52,021 nt of DNA from an uncultured delta proteobacterium (GTDB lineage Bacteria > Desulfobacterota > Desulfomonilia > UBA1062), in contig CAWCTR010000006.1 in the NCBI GenBank assembly GCA_963798485.1, positions 1-52,021 of the forward strand, in the 5' to 3' direction. Below the pieces are notes generated by a model, which saw nothing but the letters and a program-made list of their open reading frames with translations, had not been told where the DNA came from and did not search any database. The position numbers and the translations under genes are program-made. Of this stretch, positions 9,281-18,853 are shown piece after piece (position 1 is the first letter of the stretch; each line of letters begins with the position of its first letter).

Positions 9281-10122
9281 AGAAAACGGAGCTCATGAAA
9301 ATCTCAGAGCTGTCAAAACGATCGGGGATACAGGTCTCCACTATACGATATTACCTCCTCGAAGGGCTCATCCCTGCGCCATTGAAGACCGGGAAGACCC
9401 GTGCATACTACTCCGACATCCATCTGAAGGCGCTCTCTCTCATCAGACACAAGCAGATCGATGAACAGAAACCGTTGAGTGTGATTAGGGAAGAGATCAG
9501 GAAAGAGGTGACCTTCAGCAGGCATAGCAGGATGAGTTCAGACCTGTCGTCCGGAAAGCGTGAGGCTATACTCTCTTCCTCCACGGCACTGTTCCTGGAG
9601 AAGGGATACGCCGAGACAAGCATCACCGATATCGCACAGCATGCCAAAATGAGCAAGGAGACAATTTACCAGCGTTTCAGGAATAAGGAAGAGATCTTTA
9701 TGGCATGTGCGGACAGGATATTCCACCACATGTACGATGAGGTCTGGGGCGAGATCAAGGGAGAGAAAGATATGGCTTTGAGACTTTACAAGAGGGGGAA
9801 AGCCTTCTTCGCCACATATCCTCGATGGATATCCATGATGAACCTCGTGAAAAGTCTATCCGTAGGAGAGAATCTTTCCTTCAAAGAAAAATTCAGACAA
9901 CTACTTCAGCAAATGGTGAACCCCATGATCCGGGAAATCAATCAGCTGAAACAAGAAGGTCGCATCGGGAAAGATATTGACAGCGATTTGGCAGGGTATA
10001 TCATCATGGGAATGGCTGAGTACAGCGCATGGCTGGTGGAGCACGAGCACTATTCTGAAGAAAGCATAAAGAAGAGTCTTAATATAATCCTTTCTGAACG
10101 AGGACTCATGTATGCTGAATGA
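9277..10122 (+). CDS. MerR-HTH/TetR fusion transcriptional regulator (tandem paralog)
   Basis: ATGA overlap with the previous gene. MKISELS...TIRYYLLEGLI plus LFLEKGYAET...MSKETIYQRFRNKEEI. Confidence 0.9.
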   Translation: MKKTELMKISELSKRSGIQVSTIRYYLLEGLIPAPLKTGKTRAYYSDIHLKALSLIRHKQIDEQKPLSVIREEIRKEVTFSRHSRMSSDLSSGKREAILSSSTALFLEKGYAETSITDIAQHAKMSKETIYQRFRNKEEIFMACADRIFHHMYDEVWGEIKGEKDMALRLYKRGKAFFATYPRWISMMNLVKSLSVGENLSFKEKFRQLLQQMVNPMIREINQLKQEGRIGKDIDSDLAGYIIMGMAEYSAWLVEHEHYSEESIKKSLNIILSERGLMYAE

Positions 10123-10196
10123 AACACCCAACTTCATTACCCGCGGCTGTAATTTCCTGCTTGAATTCACACCATAACTTTTGTACAGCTTAATAC

Positions 10197-10573
10197 AGGT
10201 TGAAGGAGTGCAGGTAATCGCTGGCGGCTTTATGCGCGAGAGGAAAGTCCGGGCTCCACAGGGCAAGGGTGGTCGCTAACGACGACCGGGGGCGACCCCA
10301 GGGAAAGTGCAACAGAAAACAAACCGCTGCCCTTAAAAGGCAGTAAGGGTGAAACGGCGAGGTAAGAGCTCACCAGTTCCCCGGGTGACCGGGGAAGCTT
10401 GGCAAACCCCACCCGGAGCAAGGCCAATAGAGGGGCTAAAAGGGCTGCCCGTCCCGCCCCTGGGTAGGTCGCTCGAGATAGCAGGCAACTGCTACCCTAG
10501 ATGAATGATTACCACCCGGCCCACGGCAACGTGAACCGGGCTACAAAACCCGGCTTACGCACTGCTTCAGCCT
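10197..10573 (+). ncRNA. rnpB: RNase P RNA (class A)
   Basis: GAGGAAAGTCCGGGCTC, GGAAAGTGCAACAGAAA, GGCAAACCCCACCCGGAGCAAG and ACAAAACCCGGCTTA motifs; the ends pair (AGGTTGAAGGAGTGC / GCACTGCTTCAGCCT). Confidence 0.97.
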
Positions 10574-10602
10574 TTTTGATCATGGGTGTATTGGATCTTT
10601 CC

Positions 10603-11667
10603 ATGGATAAGAAAAAACGCTTTGAGCTGGGCCACATCGAAAAAATTCGGAGGTCTATCTATGTCTATCTCAGGGACCAGCTTGAAAGAAGGCTCATCTC
10701 CATTGCCCTGGAGACGCCGTATCGCCTCTGCCGCGTCAAGGACATGCCCTATCCTTATGTGGAAGCCGGCGACCTGAAGCCCAAGAAGAAAGAGTTCATG
10801 AAGGACTCCTTTGTTGCCGAGCCCTTTATCATAATCTTCTGCGAGGACAGCATTGATGAGGTGCATCAGAAGTACATCCGTTTCTCGGAATCCAACAGGG
10901 TAAGGAAAGACAACCTCTCGCTGATTCCGGACATGAAGCTGCAGCGCTCCTTCTATTCCACTGCGCGTTTCTTCGAGCGGGACTCATTCTTCGACCTTTT
11001 AGAGCAACTCCTGGATATGGACTTCTGCCTCCTCATCCAGCGTGACAACCGCTATAAGAAACAGAACCGCTACTGTCTTACCCACTTCCACGTAAAGATT
11101 GACTGGCCCATTGCAGATGCTGCGGAAAGCCTCGCAAAGGAACTCCGCTACATCTCCAAAAACCTCTACGAAAAGGGCGACCGGTACGCAGAGATCCTGC
11201 AGCAGAAGCTCTTCGAATATTACGGCTGCCACCACCAGGCAACGGGCGGAAGGCGCTCGGCAGCGTTGATTGCGGCCCAATATCTCAAGAACGTGCCCTA
11301 CCTCTCAACGGTCTATGTGTCGAGCGCCGAGACCAAGACACTCACCAGCTACTCGGAAAGAGGCACCTGCCGATACGCCATCATTCAGTTGGATAAACAG
11401 TTCGCCAAGACGGTCATTGAGGGCCACGGCTTGACCGAATCGAGCTTCCGCCAGGGTTATGTTATGGGCGAGGCGGAGAATACCTTTGATGTCATGCTCT
11501 TTGTGAACTATGAACACACGGAATGGGGTAATCCGCCCTTAGACGGAAAGCTGAGGATACTAAGGCCCGATTATGCGTGGCTTGGGGTGGAGACCGAAAT
11601 GGTGCTGCCCAAATCGGATGCCGTAACCTATAGGCCGCTCCAGGTCAAATGGGTGTACAAAGGCTGA
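10603..11667 (+). CDS. Hypothetical protein (~354 aa)
   Basis: Long ORF with host-like codon usage between rnpB and folD; start moved out of rnpB (10603, alternatively 10582). Confidence 0.75.
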   Translation: MDKKKRFELGHIEKIRRSIYVYLRDQLERRLISIALETPYRLCRVKDMPYPYVEAGDLKPKKKEFMKDSFVAEPFIIIFCEDSIDEVHQKYIRFSESNRVRKDNLSLIPDMKLQRSFYSTARFFERDSFFDLLEQLLDMDFCLLIQRDNRYKKQNRYCLTHFHVKIDWPIADAAESLAKELRYISKNLYEKGDRYAEILQQKLFEYYGCHHQATGGRRSAALIAAQYLKNVPYLSTVYVSSAETKTLTSYSERGTCRYAIIQLDKQFAKTVIEGHGLTESSFRQGYVMGEAENTFDVMLFVNYEHTEWGNPPLDGKLRILRPDYAWLGVETEMVLPKSDAVTYRPLQVKWVYKG

Positions 11668-11689
11668 CATGATTTCAGGAGGACATCTG

Positions 11690-12544
11690 ATGGCGACCAT
11701 TATCGATGGCAACGAGCTCTCCAAGAAGAAACGCCAGACCATTGCCCAAGAGGCAAATGCCTTTACTACTCGATACGGTAGGCCCCCGGGGCTTGCCGTG
11801 GTGCTGGTTGGGGAAGACCCTGCATCGGCCATTTACGTGAGGAACAAGAAGAAGGCCTGTGAGACCGCAGGGCTGCGCTCCTTTGATTATCACCTCGATG
11901 CAGCGACAAGCAGGGAAGATCTGCTGGCCCTGGTCCATAAGCTCAATAGTGACCCCGAGGTGGACGGCATCCTCGTGCAATTCCCTGTACCGCCCCCTCT
12001 GGACCCGCAAGAGATCCAGGTTGCCATCGACCCTAGAAAAGATGTGGACGGTTTGCACCCCTACAACCTGGGCAGGCTACTCTCAGGCGATCCCATGCTC
12101 GTGCCCTGCACACCATCCGGGATCATGTGCATGCTCCGCGAATACGGCGCTACGCTCAAGGGTAAGGACGCAGTGGTTATAGGCCGCAGCAATCTTGTGG
12201 GCAAACCCATTGCCGTGCTGCTCATGATGGAGCACGCCACCGTCACCATCTGCCATTCGCGCACCCTGGATCTGGATAAGAAGGTCAGGGCTGCGGATAT
12301 TGTCGTAGCCGCCATCGGCAAGGCGGAAATGATCAGGGGCGAATGGATCAAGGACGGCTCTGTGGTGATTGACGTGGGCATGAACAGGACCGAGGCCGGT
12401 CTGAAGGGCGACGTGCAGTTTGATGAGGCATCCAGGCATGCTTCCTTGATAACACCCGTGCCCGGCGGTGTGGGGCCCATGACCATCACCATGCTGCTGG
12501 ACAATACGCTGCGCGCTGCAAAAAATCATGTATCAGCTGAGTAA
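11690..12544 (+). CDS. folD: Bifunctional methylenetetrahydrofolate dehydrogenase/cyclohydrolase
   Basis: PASAIYVRNK, KDVDGLHP, PCTPSG, GRSNLVGKP and TPVPGGVGPMT motifs; AGGAGG RBS. Confidence 0.97.
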   Translation: MATIIDGNELSKKKRQTIAQEANAFTTRYGRPPGLAVVLVGEDPASAIYVRNKKKACETAGLRSFDYHLDAATSREDLLALVHKLNSDPEVDGILVQFPVPPPLDPQEIQVAIDPRKDVDGLHPYNLGRLLSGDPMLVPCTPSGIMCMLREYGATLKGKDAVVIGRSNLVGKPIAVLLMMEHATVTICHSRTLDLDKKVRAADIVVAAIGKAEMIRGEWIKDGSVVIDVGMNRTEAGLKGDVQFDEASRHASLITPVPGGVGPMTITMLLDNTLRAAKNHVSAE

Positions 12545-12576
12545 ATAGAGAAATATGAATCGGTGATTGAAATTCT

Positions 12577-13887
12577 TCAGCTCCCGAATGTCCTCCAGAG
12601 CGGGCCTTTGCGATACAGGAAATTGAGAACCTTGAACCCGATGGCAGAGCCCCAATCCCTTTTCCCAGGGAAAAACCAGTTTCTCCTTCCTGCAGTTGCC
12701 TCATATGCGCACTTCACCAAGGCTGATGGCCCCATATCCGGGAAATAGAACTGCGGCTCAAGGAGTGATTCCCAGGCAGCATGCCTGCCCTGTTCAATGG
12801 CGATACGCTCGAGCTCCGTGCCGGGGTAGATACGCACACCTGTCATGGCAATGACTGCCCTGGGGCTGACCTCATCCATGAGGCTGAGGGTTTCCCGTAT
12901 CGTCTCCGGGGTTTCCCCGGGCCCGCCAAGGATGAGGGAGTGGCAGAAATCAATGCCTGCATCTCTGCACGCCCGTGATGCCGTTATGATGTCATCGGTG
13001 GTAAAAGGCTTTCTCAACGAGGTGAGCATGGCAGGAGAGCCCGAGTCGGTCCCGAAATCCACAGCCACGCACCCGGCCTTATTCATGAGAGAGAAGATGC
13101 CGGGGTCCGAGACCTTGGGCTGGATATAGCAGGAGATACGAAGCCTCAGGTTCAGCGCGGCGATTGCTTCCAGGACCCGGACCATGTGGCCTTCATCAGC
13201 ATTGAACAGGGAATCGACAATGAAGAAATCCCTGATTTTGAAATCCTTATGCAGCATGGCGATCTCTCCGGACACCCGCTCAGGAGCGCGTGTCCTTAAC
13301 ACCCTTCCCTCCAGGCCCGGATACGTACAATAGATGCACTGGTTGGGGCACCCCCGCGCAGTCTGGATACCCATGGTATGGTATCTGCGGAAGCCTGAGA
13401 ACAGCACGTTGATGTCTTGGGGAAACGCAACGCCCTCAAGATCAGGCAGACTTGAGGTCATGATCCCTTCATGCCCATGGTCTAAAAATACCTTTATTGC
13501 CCCTTCACCCTCACCCCTTACCCCTCCGTCAGCACCCAGATATGCAGCAATCTCCCCCGGGAACAAGGAGAATGCCGGGCCCCCCAGAATGACCGGGGAA
13601 TTGCAGCAATCCCGCAGGGACTTTATCAGTGCTGCATAAGAAGGCAGGTAGAAACGGGTGCAAGGATATGCAGCGTTATCCACATTCCGTAACGATATAC
13701 CGATACGATCGGGCTGGAAGGCTTTGAGCTCTTCCCCCAGGGATATGCCGGAGTTCGTGAGGCGCATGTCCATAATCCTCACCTGCGCCCCTGCCTCATG
13801 CAGGGCATTTGCGACATAGACCGCCCCGATGGGAAACACCGCCGCAGGAAAGGGTTCCGTATTGGCCGAGATCAGGAGGATGCGCAT
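12577..13887 (-). CDS. B12-binding domain radical SAM protein
   Basis: N-terminal cobalamin-binding Rossmann region (ISLRNVDN, VILGG, GEGE) and RGCPNQCIYC (CxxxCxxC). Confidence 0.9.
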   Translation of the reverse strand: MRILLISANTEPFPAAVFPIGAVYVANALHEAGAQVRIMDMRLTNSGISLGEELKAFQPDRIGISLRNVDNAAYPCTRFYLPSYAALIKSLRDCCNSPVILGGPAFSLFPGEIAAYLGADGGVRGEGEGAIKVFLDHGHEGIMTSSLPDLEGVAFPQDINVLFSGFRRYHTMGIQTARGCPNQCIYCTYPGLEGRVLRTRAPERVSGEIAMLHKDFKIRDFFIVDSLFNADEGHMVRVLEAIAALNLRLRISCYIQPKVSDPGIFSLMNKAGCVAVDFGTDSGSPAMLTSLRKPFTTDDIITASRACRDAGIDFCHSLILGGPGETPETIRETLSLMDEVSPRAVIAMTGVRIYPGTELERIAIEQGRHAAWESLLEPQFYFPDMGPSALVKCAYEATAGRRNWFFPGKRDWGSAIGFKVLNFLYRKGPLWRTFGS

Positions 13888-13894
13888 ACAATCA

Positions 13895-14920
13895 TCAATC
13901 GACAGGTCTTGCGATACGTAGGATCTCGGGCGGCAATTGGATATTCAGGGACTGCATGAGCTTGGCGTCCACCATGATGGTGAGATCCTGCTGCCCTAAA
14001 ATGGGCAGGACTTCAGGCTTCACACCGTCTTTAAGGATCTTTACAGACTGCCTGCCTGAAAGCACACCTATATTATCGAAGTCCACCCCTATGTACAGTA
14101 TGGCCCCGGGAATCTTGTCGATAACAAAGCTGAATGCCGGGGTCTTATTGGCCTTTGAGAACTCGATGAGCTCTAATGCCTTTTCATGGCCCCGCAGCTC
14201 ATAGTAGGGGTCAGGGGGTACTGCAAAGGCCTGGGCGCCTTGTTTCTGGAGCTCCTTCAGGGCAGTTACGATTGCGTCTTTTATGCCCACCTGTTTCGAT
14301 ATGACCGTGATTCCGAGCGGCAGGCCTTCCTTTTTTGCCTCCTCTACATGTGCAATGCTGTTTGCATCATCGCTGTGCACAATGCCTAAAGTCTTAATGG
14401 CCGGGAAGGCATGTTTCACGATTCCGAGCGCGTCTTTCATGTTCATGTGCGTTGTAACGCCGGTAAAGCCGGGACCTGCCTCTGTCAAAGATTTGCAGCC
14501 GATCACCGATGGAAAGGCCAGGGCCGTGAACACCAGTGGTATTCCCGCAGCAATGATCTTATCCTTGGCATATTTGGTGACAGGCGTCCCCATGGCCAGG
14601 ACAAGGTCGGGCTTCTCCTTTGCAATACGTGAAGCCTCACTCCTGATCCTGAAGTAGACCTTGATTCTTTTCGCAAGAGAAGGGTTTTCAATGTCGAAGT
14701 CAATGATGGTGCGATTGACCGTAAGGTTTCTGTCCTGGATGATACCGCTCTTCTCCATCTCTTTGAGAAAGCCGTCATAGACCATCTGAAGCTCTTCAAT
14801 ATTTGTTATCTGGAGCACTTCCACCCGGTAATTCTTTTCCTGGGCAGGGCTGGGGATAGAGAGACAGGTGATAAGGAAGACTGCACAGATAAAAAAGATA
14901 AGTCTCTGAATTATTCTCAT
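13895..14920 (-). CDS. ABC transporter substrate-binding protein (ABC_sub_bind type), no adjacent permease/ATPase
   Basis: Signal peptide; KPDLVLAMGT, IPLVF, GFTGV, EANS-like DANS and KILKDGVKP..LP motifs. Confidence 0.8.
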   Translation of the reverse strand: MRIIQRLIFFICAVFLITCLSIPSPAQEKNYRVEVLQITNIEELQMVYDGFLKEMEKSGIIQDRNLTVNRTIIDFDIENPSLAKRIKVYFRIRSEASRIAKEKPDLVLAMGTPVTKYAKDKIIAAGIPLVFTALAFPSVIGCKSLTEAGPGFTGVTTHMNMKDALGIVKHAFPAIKTLGIVHSDDANSIAHVEEAKKEGLPLGITVISKQVGIKDAIVTALKELQKQGAQAFAVPPDPYYELRGHEKALELIEFSKANKTPAFSFVIDKIPGAILYIGVDFDNIGVLSGRQSVKILKDGVKPEVLPILGQQDLTIMVDAKLMQSLNIQLPPEILRIARPVD

Positions 14921-14964
14921 TTTTATATTTTATATGCGAGGTAATTGCAAAACTCAAAAAAGGT

Positions 14965-15033
14965 GTCGCCCCCGCGAAGGCGGGGGTCCAGAAGTTCTTG
15001 AAGAGACTGGATTCCCGCTTCCGAGGGAATGAC
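14965..15033. repeat. REP-like inverted doublet (GTCATTCCCGCGAAGGCGGGAATCCA family)
   Basis: GTCGCCCCCGCGAAGGCGGGGGTCCA ... TGGATTCCCGCTTCCGAGGGAATGAC; produces the spurious MSFPRKRES ORF. Confidence 0.8.
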
Positions 15034-15263
15034 AATCTTGGTCTCCTGCAATTGGCTCATACATTAATTTTTGCCGTAATCCGCTGTAACTTTTTTTAGG
15101 CCTTCTCTCAAATGAGTGATCCAATCAGACTATTTCATACCAGGTACCCTTATGGCACTCAACATCAAATCACTTTAATGGAAGGAACCTGACATAAATC
15201 AAATTTATTCAAGTCCCTCTCCTTATTAAGATGGGGGCTTATCGATTCTACCTAATACCTGTT

Positions 15264-16529
15264 TCAGATTCCCTTCCCGCTCACGGCTATATCGATGAAG
15301 GCTTCAATCTCATTCTTCAGATCGTCGTATGCAGTGAGCCCCTTCATGAGGTGCTCGGGTATGTCATCGCTGGCCGCTCCGAGGATGAGGCCCAGGATCA
15401 TGCCGCGGTGCACGTTGTCGCCTCCGGCATTAACATTGGCCAGGAGCGCTTCGGCGATGTCAAGGTTGCGGCTCCAGGCGAGGTATAATAGAAGAGGCAG
15501 GCCATGTTCAGGGTAGCATGCCGTGGCAATCAGCCGGGCAATAACGTCCTGGTCAGTATGTTTCCGGACAAATCGGTCAATATCAAAGGGTGTGTCGGTG
15601 AGCTCCGTATGGAGCTTCCACATCTCGTCTTTGGGGATGTTCCCCGGGCCGTTGTGATTACGGTAGGCGTCAAAGAGTTCTCTACCGGTCACACGCGGTA
15701 TGCGTATGGGTTTTGCATACGCAGATATTGTTTTGCGCGGATCGCTGCCGGTCAATAAGGCATTGAGCAGAGGCACGAGAATGCCCAGCGTACTGGCCAC
15801 ATTCTCTGAACGATGGGTGATATTCTGATGCTCTATGGCCAAGCCGAGACCTTGGTAGGAACTGTCCGCAATCGTTGAAAGTACCATGGGGCGAATGATG
15901 CCGCCATGGGCGCCTATGGACCAGGCATTACGCTGCAGCTCGGCACAGGCATGGGGATCAACACCGCGGGAATAATGCTCGAACCATCGTCTGATGTAGA
16001 TCTCGGTATACGGGTCACGATTCATACCCGGGGTGCTCAGGTGCATGATGAAATCGTCAATGAATGCATTATTGTCATAGCATCCTTTCCGGATCACCGA
16101 GCGCATGAGCACTCGGACAAGGTGCGCACCCAGCGTGTTCTCGCCTGCTTTGAGTCCGTGGTGGTAGTGGTAGCGCTCATCCAGACCAGCAACGGCATTG
16201 CCTGCTACCGACGCCCTGTCGGTGAGGCTTGCCTCCATCGTGCTGTAACTGGTCTTATAGTATCGTGTGTGCTCATGCAGTATGTCATATGCCCTTCCAA
16301 GACGTTTCGCGCTTTCAACATCCGGGGTATAGTCCATTCCTACCATGAAGCTTTCAAGATGAGGGTGGGGCGGGTCAACATAGCCATGTACACCACCGTT
16401 AAAGACCTTATGGATATTTTCCAGGCTGTAATACCAATGGGCAGGCATGGCCAGCGCATCCCCGATGAACATGGCGCAGAGTGCATTGTGCAGGCGACGC
16501 CTTTTCATTTCAGTCAGTTTTTTGGTCAT
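15264..16529 (-). CDS. ADP-ribosylglycohydrolase family protein
   Basis: FIGDALAMPAHWYY, GENT and NVNAGGDNVHRGMILG motifs. Confidence 0.88.
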   Translation of the reverse strand: MTKKLTEMKRRRLHNALCAMFIGDALAMPAHWYYSLENIHKVFNGGVHGYVDPPHPHLESFMVGMDYTPDVESAKRLGRAYDILHEHTRYYKTSYSTMEASLTDRASVAGNAVAGLDERYHYHHGLKAGENTLGAHLVRVLMRSVIRKGCYDNNAFIDDFIMHLSTPGMNRDPYTEIYIRRWFEHYSRGVDPHACAELQRNAWSIGAHGGIIRPMVLSTIADSSYQGLGLAIEHQNITHRSENVASTLGILVPLLNALLTGSDPRKTISAYAKPIRIPRVTGRELFDAYRNHNGPGNIPKDEMWKLHTELTDTPFDIDRFVRKHTDQDVIARLIATACYPEHGLPLLLYLAWSRNLDIAEALLANVNAGGDNVHRGMILGLILGAASDDIPEHLMKGLTAYDDLKNEIEAFIDIAVSGKGI

Positions 16530-16722
16530 AATCAGCTACTCCCGCGCTAAGGAATGATCTCTGTTTTGTTTTAAAGGTCAGACATAAAATATACTATATA
16601 AGAAGAGACAGGTAGCATTTCAAGAAAGGGCGACCCCCTTTTCACAAAAATATACAGATCTTGGTAATCCTGTCATTACCAGGCCTCCCGACCGGGATAA
16701 TTCTTCTAAGGGTGTCCCTGAT

Positions 16723-17796
16723 TCAGAATATGAAGTTGAACAGGTAGCCGACTATGACGATCCCGGTTGCCACCACACCGACGAAAACGGCGATGAGCTG
16801 CTTCTTCAACACGTTCCGCAGGATGATCATCTCGGGCAGCGAAAGCCCGATGACCGCCATCATAAAGGCAAGCACGGTGCCGAGCGCCGCACCTTTTTCC
16901 AGCAGGGCATGCACGATGGGGATGATGCCTGCAGCATTCGAGTACATGGGCACGCCCAGGAGTACGGCCGCCGGCACCGCCCACCATGCGCCCTTGCCCA
17001 TGAACGAGGCCATGAAACCCTCTGGCACATAGCCGTGGATACCGGCGCCTACGGCGATACCCGCCAGGACATAGGGCCATACCCTTAAAACGATCTCCGC
17101 AACTGCGGCCCTGCCCGCCATGATGCGCTCGGTGAAGATCATGCGTGATACCTCTGTATCAACCTGGGCCACCTCTATCTCATACACCCAGTCTTCAACA
17201 AACCGCTCAAGCTTGAGCCTGCCGATGACCAGCCCCGATGCAATGGCTATCATGAGGCCGGTGGTGATATACACCAGTGCCACCTTCCATCCGAACATGC
17301 CGAACAGGAGCACAACCGCAATTTCGTTGATCATAGGTGCTGCAATGAGGAACGACAAGGTAACGCCTAAGGGCACGCCCGCCTGTACGAAGCCCATGAA
17401 GAGCGGCACTGCCGAGCACGAACAGAACGGCGTCACGATACCCAGCATGGCTGCCAGGACGTTGCCCACGGACTCGCGCCTCCCGGCCAGGATCTGTCTG
17501 GTCCGTTCGGGGGTGAAGTACGAACGTATGATGCCCACAACAAAAACAATGAGGGTCAGTAGCATGAGCACCTTGGGTGCCTCAAAGAGGAAGAAGGCGA
17601 TGGCGCTGCCTAAACGACCACTCCGGGACAACCCGAACACTGAATACGTAATCCAATCCGAAAGAGGCTGCAGGGACCTGTACACCAGCCACCACACGGC
17701 TCCGAAGAGGGCATATTTCGCGATCAATCCCATGACCGGGGATCTTTGAGGTTCAATGTTGTTCATGATCACCTTGCTGTCTTCAGTCGTATTCAT
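16723..17796 (-). CDS. DUF318/ArsP-type permease
   Basis: TPFCSCSAVP, APMINE, GVPMYSN and LSLPEMIIL motifs; multiple TM helices. Confidence 0.9.
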   Translation of the reverse strand: MNTTEDSKVIMNNIEPQRSPVMGLIAKYALFGAVWWLVYRSLQPLSDWITYSVFGLSRSGRLGSAIAFFLFEAPKVLMLLTLIVFVVGIIRSYFTPERTRQILAGRRESVGNVLAAMLGIVTPFCSCSAVPLFMGFVQAGVPLGVTLSFLIAAPMINEIAVVLLFGMFGWKVALVYITTGLMIAIASGLVIGRLKLERFVEDWVYEIEVAQVDTEVSRMIFTERIMAGRAAVAEIVLRVWPYVLAGIAVGAGIHGYVPEGFMASFMGKGAWWAVPAAVLLGVPMYSNAAGIIPIVHALLEKGAALGTVLAFMMAVIGLSLPEMIILRNVLKKQLIAVFVGVVATGIVIVGYLFNFIF

Positions 17797-17837
17797 TTTA
17801 CAAACTCCTTTATTGCGTACGTATTCGAGTCGTCAGC

Positions 17838-18734
17838 TTAATGGTTGAATGCCTTGATCATGGGCCCGCCCACGCAACTCATGCATTCGATCTGCAAGGT
17901 AGTATGGGATATATTATACTTTTCCAGTAAAACGCGTTCGACATTATGAATGATCATAGATGTCTTGTCACTGTGGTCCGGCTCAATATCCAGATGTACC
18001 GAGAGCGCAAGGATATGCGAGCAGATGGCCCATACGTTCAGGTGATGCAAGTCCCTCACCCCTTCGACGCCGTGGATGGTCCGAGCAACCTCGGAGATGT
18101 CCATTTCCCTGGGCACCCCCTCCATGAGGATGTGAATGGATTCGCGCAATACCCTGAAGGTGCCGACGAAGATGATGATGCTGATGCCGATGGATATGAG
18201 CGCATCCAGCAGATACCACCGGGTGAAATACATGATGACACCACCAATAATAACACCGACAGAGGCTGCCGCATCACCTGTCACATGGAGGAAGGCGCTG
18301 CGCACATTCAGATCATCATGGGAATGGCTGTGAAGCGCCATAGCCGACAGCAGGTTGGCGATAAGCCCTACTGTAGCGATTATCAGCATGGGGAGACTCT
18401 TCACTTCCTGTGGCGAGGCCAGCCGCTGCCATGCCTCATAGAATATCCCCAGTGCTATCAGGAAAACCGTCACCCCGTTGATGAACGAGGCAAACACCTC
18501 GGCACGGTGCCAGCCGAATGAATGCCGCTCCGTAGCGGGCAGTGATGCCAGCTTGACCGCTGCCAGCGACAAGAGCAGTGCGAAAAGGTCAAGGAAGACA
18601 TGGGCGGCGTCTGAAAGGAGCGCCAGGGAGTTGGTCCATATACCGCCTGCGACTTCGGCAAGAAGCGTCAGTCCGGTAAGAGCTATGGCCAGTTTTAACC
18701 GTTCAGCTATATGGCTATCTGTAGTGCTGTTCAT
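17838..18734 (-). CDS. Cation diffusion facilitator (CzcD/ZitB-like Zn/Co/Cd efflux)
   Basis: SLALLSDAAH, SFGWHRAE, NVRSAFLHVTGD, DLHHLNVW and HTTLQIE motifs. Confidence 0.93.
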   Translation of the reverse strand: MNSTTDSHIAERLKLAIALTGLTLLAEVAGGIWTNSLALLSDAAHVFLDLFALLLSLAAVKLASLPATERHSFGWHRAEVFASFINGVTVFLIALGIFYEAWQRLASPQEVKSLPMLIIATVGLIANLLSAMALHSHSHDDLNVRSAFLHVTGDAAASVGVIIGGVIMYFTRWYLLDALISIGISIIIFVGTFRVLRESIHILMEGVPREMDISEVARTIHGVEGVRDLHHLNVWAICSHILALSVHLDIEPDHSDKTSMIIHNVERVLLEKYNISHTTLQIECMSCVGGPMIKAFNH

Positions 18735-18853
18735 GATGATTTCTCCATTGCCTATTTCGTTTGATATTTAGTCAGATGATCGACCCTGCAGAGGGACACT
18801 CCGGAATATCCTGTCATTCCTGCATATCACTCACCTATTCACCCATGTCGTTT

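Noticed and set aside
10230-10602. ORF 10230-10427 and the N-terminal extension of ORF 10501-11667
   Set aside because: Both overlap the RNase P RNA; shadow frames.
14796-15035. 79-aa MSFPRKRES ORF
   Set aside because: Translation of a REP-like palindrome.
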